Shown piece after piece: positions 57,801 to 64,000 of a stretch of DNA of 64,000 nucleotides. The position numbers were made by a program, and so were the translations under genes. The notes beneath the pieces were generated by a model that saw only the letters and a list, made by a program, of their open reading frames with translations, made no database searches and was not told where the DNA came from. The DNA comes from Schizochytrium sp. TIO01 (Eukaryota > Protista > Bigyra: Labyrinthulomycetes), in contig SMSO01000035.1 of assembly GCA_004764695.1 (NCBI GenBank), positions 3,112,040-3,176,039 on the forward strand, given 5' to 3'. Position 1 is the first letter of the stretch. Each line of letters starts with the position of its first letter.

Positions 57801-60259
57801 TGAGTGCACTTCCCAAGGAGATTGGATCATTAGAAAAACTGGAAAGGCTATATCTCAGTCGTAATCAAATCCAGAAACTTCCTAGCTCTCTAGGAGATTT
57901 ACCATATCTTCGTTCATTGCAGGTAGCAAGCAACAAATTAACACGTCTCCAACCACGTCTCTGGCGCGGTAAATTGCGATTTAGCTTGGAGATATTGCAC
58001 ATTCAAATAAATGAGATTTGCGAACTTCCTTCCGAAATGCATGAGCTTCAAGCGCTCAAGCAAATCATTTTCGATGGTAATCCGATTATTTCCCCGCCAC
58101 TTAGTCTCAACGGACGGACATGGGCTGCAACAGAGGTTGTAGAATATTGTGCAGAGCGACATCGGCGTCGAAAGATGATCGTTGCGCTTCTCAGGGAAGC
58201 TGCGGAACGAGATAACCACTTTGATGTAGACCCTTTGAAACTTACGCCTGTGTGCAATGGCGCAGTTATTGATAAACATCAGTATTTAGGTCCCGAGGAG
58301 AAGAAAGAAGTGGACCTTCTATTGGACCACTTTCTTAATGGTAGGTACTACCAAAACTCAAAGTCAGGTTTTGATGTGACGCAACGTGTGTGTGACATTT
58401 TTGAAGCATGCCGTAATGCTAAGCTTCGGATCGTTCTAGATGACTTTGTAAGACTTATTGAGGTCCTTCATCAGAATGGATTGCTATTGAAAGAGGACTT
58501 CTACGCAAAGTCGCGTGTCTCTTTTGGTCGAAACCATGATCCAGTCAGCTGTTATGCATTGCGCCTCTCAGCGTTTTATAGAGAGTCTAGAGAAGAGAGT
58601 GCGTCTGACATTGACAATGATGAAGACGACATAAGTGACTTATCTTCCTTGAGTGAGTCAAGTCTTGGTTTTGGTGATGGTGCAGATGCAGGCGACGAGA
58701 GTGATGATGATGACATTGACGCTGCGTTCGAAGCACCTAACCTGGTTCAAGCTGCAGCAGCGTTGCCACGCCAAGTTCGATTTGTGTTTGAGCATGATCA
58801 GACTTTGCTTGAACTTGCTCTACAGACTTATAGAGGCCCATACGGACAGGTTGCATGGCTGAAGGCGCCGTACAATTTCGAAACCAACAAGCTTGAATAT
58901 CGAGAGTACATTGAGGTTCTTGAAGAGGTTATCCCTAAAGAACATCATCAGGAGCATGGTCTGATAGATTCAGATGTCGAAAGCGATGCATCTTCAATTG
59001 GTTCTAATGCTGCAAACTTTGCTCATGGAGAATTAGAGTCCAAATCCGCAGGACCAGAAACTGCAGTAGCCCGATCGCTTCGTTTCGAGTCTCTGGAACA
59101 TCGAGGAAGCACATTACTGAAAAGTGTGAAAGTACAAGAGAGATTTAGCTCATTGCGCAAATCTATTTCAGCGAACGTTAATCTTGCTTCCGCTCAGCAG
59201 AATCTGGTGCTTGCTCAGCAAAATTTTCAAACCGCAAAAGAAAGTGTGAGAGTCGCTCTAGACGAACAACATCGCTCTTTGAGTCTACTTCCTCCCCGTG
59301 CGATGTTTGAAGCCGCGCGAAAAAAGTTGGCTGTCTTTCTGAAGTTCCGCCCCCGATCGCCCTTTGCCCCGCCTTTACCTATCAAAGTGTACAATTTCCA
59401 GCCTTCCTCAAAGGAAGAGCATGAGGACATTCTCTTGCTGGCTCAGTTCTTGTATACCATTGCAGAATCAAAGCGCCGAGAGGCAGAAGAGATCCTTATT
59501 GCTTTTGCGAAAAGGCGAGCTCAAAAGACCTTTTTGGAATGGTGTGGAAGAAATGATGGAAAAAAACGCCTTAACGCGGTTGCGGTTGACCGTATTGGTC
59601 GTGCATCTGAGGTGTATTCTTTTACGAAGGCCAGCCTTCACGATGCGCGAGATAATCTCTCTGTCGCCGAGGGATCTCTACAAGAAGCTCAAGATCGAGT
59701 TAAAGCTTTTGAATCTGGTGCTCCAGTGCATATGCATCGCATCAAAAATCAGAAAAAGGCGCTCAAGCTTATTGCGGATTCAGAAGGAGAGCTTGAAATG
59801 ATGACAAAGCGAGTAGCAACTTTAGAGAAAAAGCTTCAAGCTGCACAGGCTCGCAAGCGCCTTAAACTCAAGCAAATGGTTAACACTACTCGTGAAGAGG
59901 TGTTGGAAATTGTTTTGCAGAGAGCCACCGTTCTCTGCGTTCATGAGCGGCGAATTCAAGCATTACAACAACGCTGGCGAAGACCATGGGATGGAGAAAA
60001 CGGAAGCGATTTTGAGGTCTGGAAATTGACAAGGAAACGTGCAATGGTGGACCAGGGCATTGAAGATCCTACCGCAATGATCACAGATGAGGACATGGAA
60101 GACCCCCCTCCTGATGATATCATCCATGTCATGTTTGACCCGTATGCCTATGACAGCTTCTTTGAAATGCTTGATCAAGAAGGTAGCTCCAATGAAGAGG
60201 CTGACGAAAATGAAGAAGTTGGACAAGAAGATATCGAAGACATAGCAGATGACCCTTAG
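54896..60259 (+). CDS. Large leucine-rich-repeat protein: three LRR blocks, two WW-like inserts, acidic patches, C-terminal coiled coil
   Basis: Many LxxLxLxxNxLxxLP units in an uninterrupted 1787-aa ORF. Confidence 0.88.
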   Translation: MVEPQEYAGAETKVRHRPPSGHFRTQQAAEVEAPSYLTNRERGQWKPPRHGRRRSSATFVGPGKGSDRRSSSLQAVARHSLNASNVYITNAQSGRSGDIGRRSSIPYYGGVVGRARMSSVMVTPDDELEINQNSNSILREEVLAKVPSVQVRPPLLRPHDEPVRFHFTLADEGSIESEPETNADVLYTDYVKVHGSHRAALQQKFRDEEAEVDHQAWLVRKEEFEIYTKKEAEREKERRWTRGLPRQARNVKEAIHLERFRKLERLELHMSERDDVDQLVHQAPYTNRLDLQGKLKDNNIELFEALMQDERTLRVIEARLARNCLREVPEKLHIHLPLLQVLDLSQNLLENLPADLEKLTNLQELNIQYNKFEEVPQCVYSLPKLSIFIAGGNTFLDLHYRIARAKTLKRLSLDNNKIVTLPLALSELTHCEYLNLNHNNLETLALFPPPAYTSMTVEELRDDLKNWKPIVDPRTGEKGFIHQHTRKGRRSLTALYDEAMLDQDPELEGFDVNGEDAMARFISGNSEPSKNSSSNTVNQKTSPPDPSILTKLDLSKIVDKTRINKRRLKQRQALAQAKKPEWKYWINDENGSTEYGNLVTNEVIRQGIPRVLDRWNTLEHLRELFLNCNQLTDLPASLGKLPRLERLEASQNRLVFIPEEVTLLPQLRFLVLRENRLEVLPTTIGRLSQLEQLELSGNCIRDIPSSMRQCINLRILNLTTNNIEELNSGIGDLPNLTDLSLIDNPHLRHPSPDVARQGAAAILWDCRNREKLRLIGPPPPAVLRENVGVSGEHHVVEGLYHKKLSVIFERARVTGILKLHFFGLRALPDQTFSLTRLRELRISGHATIRAIPKHVSRLHSLQVLSFPANALESLPETLAFWKPLQELTELDFSDNRIVKLPAAIHVLSKLKVINVNGNLIEEIDGKVFSGGLAKSLQRILLNSNRIRELPSEISELSELQDLQLTYNCLSALPKEIGSLEKLERLYLSRNQIQKLPSSLGDLPYLRSLQVASNKLTRLQPRLWRGKLRFSLEILHIQINEICELPSEMHELQALKQIIFDGNPIISPPLSLNGRTWAATEVVEYCAERHRRRKMIVALLREAAERDNHFDVDPLKLTPVCNGAVIDKHQYLGPEEKKEVDLLLDHFLNGRYYQNSKSGFDVTQRVCDIFEACRNAKLRIVLDDFVRLIEVLHQNGLLLKEDFYAKSRVSFGRNHDPVSCYALRLSAFYRESREESASDIDNDEDDISDLSSLSESSLGFGDGADAGDESDDDDIDAAFEAPNLVQAAAALPRQVRFVFEHDQTLLELALQTYRGPYGQVAWLKAPYNFETNKLEYREYIEVLEEVIPKEHHQEHGLIDSDVESDASSIGSNAANFAHGELESKSAGPETAVARSLRFESLEHRGSTLLKSVKVQERFSSLRKSISANVNLASAQQNLVLAQQNFQTAKESVRVALDEQHRSLSLLPPRAMFEAARKKLAVFLKFRPRSPFAPPLPIKVYNFQPSSKEEHEDILLLAQFLYTIAESKRREAEEILIAFAKRRAQKTFLEWCGRNDGKKRLNAVAVDRIGRASEVYSFTKASLHDARDNLSVAEGSLQEAQDRVKAFESGAPVHMHRIKNQKKALKLIADSEGELEMMTKRVATLEKKLQAAQARKRLKLKQMVNTTREEVLEIVLQRATVLCVHERRIQALQQRWRRPWDGENGSDFEVWKLTRKRAMVDQGIEDPTAMITDEDMEDPPPDDIIHVMFDPYAYDSFFEMLDQEGSSNEEADENEEVGQEDIEDIADDP

Positions 60260-60518
60260 TATTTGTATTATTTTTTCCTTTACATTCAGATTGTAGAAGT
60301 TCGGGGTTGACCAATCCAAGTTAAAGCTTGGGACAGTCATTAGTCTAAAATGGTGCACGCAATGAAGATACAACAGCTACTACCAAAATTGCGCTAGGTT
60401 GTTATGGGAACTCTACCTTTTATAGGTTTTAGATGCAAACGCGCATGGTCCTTTTTTGTTTCTCAAGAACCGTAAAAGAGAACAAGAGCATATATTTTAT
60501 TGTAAGTTACATGAGTCT

Positions 60519-62048
60519 TTACTGGATTTGTGTTGCTTTATTTCTGAATATTGAGCTCCTGTTGATTGATAGTGCGTCGGGCTTGCTCTTGTCGTGTTTA
60601 AAGGAGTGATGTGATATATTACGTATTCCCATGCACGATAGAAAGGGTGATGATTCATGTCTCTTCAGAGGAGGTGCTGGTTCTGAAAATGGTAGTGTTG
60701 AAGATTTGTTTTGACAACCGAGAAGGCAATTCGAAGACACTTTCACCTCCGTTGAGGCGTTATGCCTAATCCTGAATTCCGGATTTACATCATTCGCAGA
60801 CAATGCTGTTTCACATGTGCTTGATCGCTCAAGGTCAAGTTGTTGTCTAGTGGAAGCAAGCCATTCTTGTTCAACTGTAACCTCGCGTGCAAGACGGACT
60901 AGTCTTCGGGGGTTGTTATCTTCCGAAGCACTTTGCAAGAGTGCTTGGACAAACTCCATGCCAGTTGTCTGGTCCAAACTTGTTCGCACTTCAGAAGCGT
61001 AAGGACTATTATCATGGAGTGATAGTGCATTAAACGCCTCCAAAGCAGCCCTATGCTTGGATAAGAGGGGGCCAGAATGTACCTCAACTAAGGCAAATGT
61101 GATTCTGTGTAAGTTGAGAACGAGCGAATCTTTGCGCGGGTTTTGTGCTTTGGAGTCAAACAAGAAATCCCAGATCTCAAGTGTAGTCTCAAGCGGAAGC
61201 GCGTGAGCAAAGATTGGCAACATCCATTGCACCAAGAGATAGCTCATACAGCGGTGTAGCTCTTCTGGGTCCGTGCCAAGATGTTCAGTGATTACAGGCG
61301 CGTAACGTCCAACAACTTCTTCGAAAAGCTCTACTTCGTCAAGAACAGCACGCTGCAAGAAACCCTCTGGGAGACTTTCTGTGAGATCCACTAGGAACCA
61401 AAAGGCATCATCTATTGACATGTGTGCAAGGGCCATTAATGCAATAAAGTTCATACCTTGTGTGTAGCCCACCTCGGGTTTGTAGAAGCAAAGTGTTATC
61501 AATAAGTCTGTAAGGTCTGCTTGACGCCCCTCGCTCTCATAGTGTGCAAAGTCGTCCCCAAATGACCTCGGCACGTCTTTTAAGATCACATCCACCATAT
61601 CCTCGCGTACCGTACCTTTCACTACCTCAACCCGCGTGCAGTCGCGACAAGATCCACATCCGCACTCATGCTGCTGTGTCTCAGACCCGTGCTGTGGATT
61701 ATCGCAATTTTTACCTTCCTCACCCTGAATCTGTGTAGGTTCCGCTTTGACTTGAGCTTTAAGTGTAGGTTCCGCTTTGACTTGAGCTTTAAGGGATTCT
61801 CTATGCACAAAATCCTTCTCTGCAAGTGCCTCAGGCTGTGCATATTCTGTTTTAGAAGAGTCCGCGTTCACACAGTCTATTGCTGCCACATTTTCTACGT
61901 TCTGATCAGCACGTTGTGGTGCGCCATGGCTATGGATCAAGCACAGCTCGCGCAGATCGGCAAAATACTCTGGCGGAGAAGCAGATTCTGCTAGTTTCCT
62001 CCGTGCAGCACCTCCACCTGCGAGCCACCTCTCACCTCGCGAGGTCAT
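60519..62048 (-). CDS. TBC-domain Rab GTPase-activating protein
   Basis: IxxDxxR (ILKDVPRSF) and YxQ (GYTQGMNF) catalytic fingers, plus DAFWFL and IWDFLF. Confidence 0.92.
   Translation of the reverse strand: MTSRGERWLAGGGAARRKLAESASPPEYFADLRELCLIHSHGAPQRADQNVENVAAIDCVNADSSKTEYAQPEALAEKDFVHRESLKAQVKAEPTLKAQVKAEPTQIQGEEGKNCDNPQHGSETQQHECGCGSCRDCTRVEVVKGTVREDMVDVILKDVPRSFGDDFAHYESEGRQADLTDLLITLCFYKPEVGYTQGMNFIALMALAHMSIDDAFWFLVDLTESLPEGFLQRAVLDEVELFEEVVGRYAPVITEHLGTDPEELHRCMSYLLVQWMLPIFAHALPLETTLEIWDFLFDSKAQNPRKDSLVLNLHRITFALVEVHSGPLLSKHRAALEAFNALSLHDNSPYASEVRTSLDQTTGMEFVQALLQSASEDNNPRRLVRLAREVTVEQEWLASTRQQLDLERSSTCETALSANDVNPEFRIRHNASTEVKVSSNCLLGCQNKSSTLPFSEPAPPLKRHESSPFLSCMGIRNISHHSFKHDKSKPDALSINRSSIFRNKATQIQ
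61733..61793. repeat. Perfect 30-bp in-frame tandem duplication (LKAQVKAEPT x 2) in the TBC N-terminal region
   Basis: gtgtaggttccgctttgacttgagctttaa occurs twice. Confidence 0.9.
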
Positions 62049-62904
62049 GAGACGTTCGCAGCTGCGAAGAAGCGAAACTGATTGTGGGTGTTACAACCTT
62101 GAATAGAGAATACGTCATAAATAGTATAAAATGTCACAAATAAAAGTCTCATAGCTTTTTTGGAAAGGGTTTATTCGAGGTTGCGTACTCAGACATGTTT
62201 TCGTGGGGCGACTCAGCTTTGGTCGTGTAGGTTTTGACGTGTTTTGAGCAATCCGATCTCATTACGGGTGACTTATGTGAAATGAAACTATTTTTGCTCA
62301 CAAGAGCTCTTCGAAAACGAAAGAGAAAGAAGAATTGCAATTTCTGCGTTGCAGTTCAGCCTAAGGCTTCAAAGATACTATTTCTGTGAACTGGAAATGT
62401 GATCATGCAGCTCTTCTTTTTAATTTGACAATCTTCAATCTTCGAAATTACTGGTAGGACAAAAGTAAGGGAAACACGTCTCTGTTATCGCTAAGTCTGC
62501 TGTATTCGCTTTGAATGATGCTGATGAATGAAATAATATTAGAATTTGCTGAAAGGGATTAGAAGCGTCGGAAAGAAGGCGGTAATCCTGCACATATGAT
62601 GCGTTGGACTTCAAAAATGATGCTAGAATGTATGGCTCATTTCATGAACATTGTAGATTATCAGGTAGACATGCATAGGAGAGATAGATTATGAGACTTA
62701 ACTGTTGCAAAGGCTAATGACTAAATGAAAGTAAATGGTTTAGATGGTTATACTAGACTATCAACTTGTTCGAATATAGACCTTCTTCAAACATAAATTC
62801 GAACAATGCCAACAACTAGTTAGAAACTGGGTACTAATAGCACTACTTTGATGAAGAGGACCCTATTTCAACCCCCCACCCCCCCGGTGTAGAAATCCTC
62901 CTCG

Positions 62905-64000
62905 TTACACGGAGGATGTTGGACGCGGAGGATTTGGTGTTGCCGGAAATTTTGCTTGCTCGTCCTGCTGACGCTTATGAACTTGGTGACAAGCAGTCTC
63001 TGTCACTGGCGTAGGAGGACGCCGTGGTACAGCTGTTCGCACACCGGGGCCTTGCTCAGCCTTGACGCTCCTGAGAAACTCGATGACATCATCGTGCATA
63101 TGAGACAATGCGTCATCAAGCGGAGTGTGCCCCCAGCGATCAATGGGATTCATGTTGGCCCCTGCGTTGCACAATATCTTGAGAAAGTGGAGGTTGTTTT
63201 CTGAGGCTGCGAGGTGAGCTGCAGTGCGGCCATCATAATCAGCCGTGTCCAAAGAAACGCCTTCGGATGTACACAGCTTCAAGGCCTTGATGTCTCCACG
63301 AGTAGCTGCCTCCACAAGACGCTGACAGCGACGCTGCAAGTAGAATTCGTTGGAGAAGTCTCTCACATCGAGCTTTTTACTCACGCCTCGAAGAAGACTG
63401 TAGCGATGGATAGTATACTTTTCTTGCATAATCTTGCAAAAGTGAATGCCACGTGCAGAGTTTCCAAGCTTATCGAGACGAGGGGACCATGTGCACATGC
63501 CCATAACATTAGGAATGACAATTAGCAGAGCACCGGCAACACCAGATTTGGCAGGTACACCAATAGAAAATTGGAACTCACCAGCATAATCATACATTCC
63601 AGAGGACGCCATGATTGAAAGACAGTTTCGCACAGTTTCTGCGCGGAAAACGCGTTTCTGGGAAATTGGACAGACACCACCGTTGGCAAGAGTTGCCGCA
63701 ACCACAGAAAGAGTTTCGGCAGTTGCCTCCAGACTGCACATTTGAAAATAAAATTCAAGTACCTCTTCCAAGGCATGTGTTGAATTCACATGCGAGGGGA
63801 ATGCACCCTTCTCCTTCATCAAATAGCCAAGACAGCGATTGCGGTCTGCAGTAAACATCTCGCTGAGAAAGGTCTCGTTGGAGTAGCCAGGGGCTTCACC
63901 GCCAGCCAATTCTTTCCATACTGATGTGACGTAATCAAAGCGGTCCTCACTACTGACTTCGGGGAGAATGAGGGACGCGGTCATAATAGCACCAGCATTG
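62905..64000 (-). CDS. GLS: Glutaminase with C-terminal ankyrin repeats, 5' part outside the window
   Basis: NAGAI is in frame at the window edge; ATLANGG, GMYDYAGEF..GVPAKSGVAG, WSPRLD..GNS; ankyrin DYDGRTAAHLAA and DRWGHTPLDDA. Confidence 0.93.
   Translation of the reverse strand, partial: NAGAIMTASLILPEVSSEDRFDYVTSVWKELAGGEAPGYSNETFLSEMFTADRNRCLGYLMKEKGAFPSHVNSTHALEEVLEFYFQMCSLEATAETLSVVAATLANGGVCPISQKRVFRAETVRNCLSIMASSGMYDYAGEFQFSIGVPAKSGVAGALLIVIPNVMGMCTWSPRLDKLGNSARGIHFCKIMQEKYTIHRYSLLRGVSKKLDVRDFSNEFYLQRRCQRLVEAATRGDIKALKLCTSEGVSLDTADYDGRTAAHLAASENNLHFLKILCNAGANMNPIDRWGHTPLDDALSHMHDDVIEFLRSVKAEQGPGVRTAVPRRPPTPVTETACHQVHKRQQDEQAKFPATPNPPRPTSSV

Overview
Eukaryotic, essentially intron-free DNA; a protist such as a thraustochytrid/labyrinthulomycete is my inference from gene style and content, not a database match. 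Conserved genes flank the window: TMEM260-like O-mannosyltransferase on the left; FAD oxidoreductase, large LRR protein, TBC Rab-GAP and a 5'-truncated ankyrin-glutaminase on the right. Four paralogous orphan 7TM receptors each carry an N-terminal EGF-like 6-Cys knot and end in an acidic ...YV-COOH tail. A ~30-kb fast-evolving block (about 21.7-50.9 kb) sits between the third and fourth receptors. It holds four related genes with nucleoporin-type FG repeats (FSFG, GLFG, FRFG flavours), three of them ending in coiled coil + C3HC4 RING. It also holds two copies of a ~2000-aa type-I membrane protein with PAN/apple, Cys-rich and bacterial Ig-like domains and two Ser/Thr-rich hairpin-like segments. 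A ~10.9-kb tandem duplication carries one FG-RING gene plus one giant gene per copy, and the two genes are reciprocally inactivated. The best candidate for an undescribed system is the FG-repeat RING E3 family, possibly together with its giant surface-protein neighbour.
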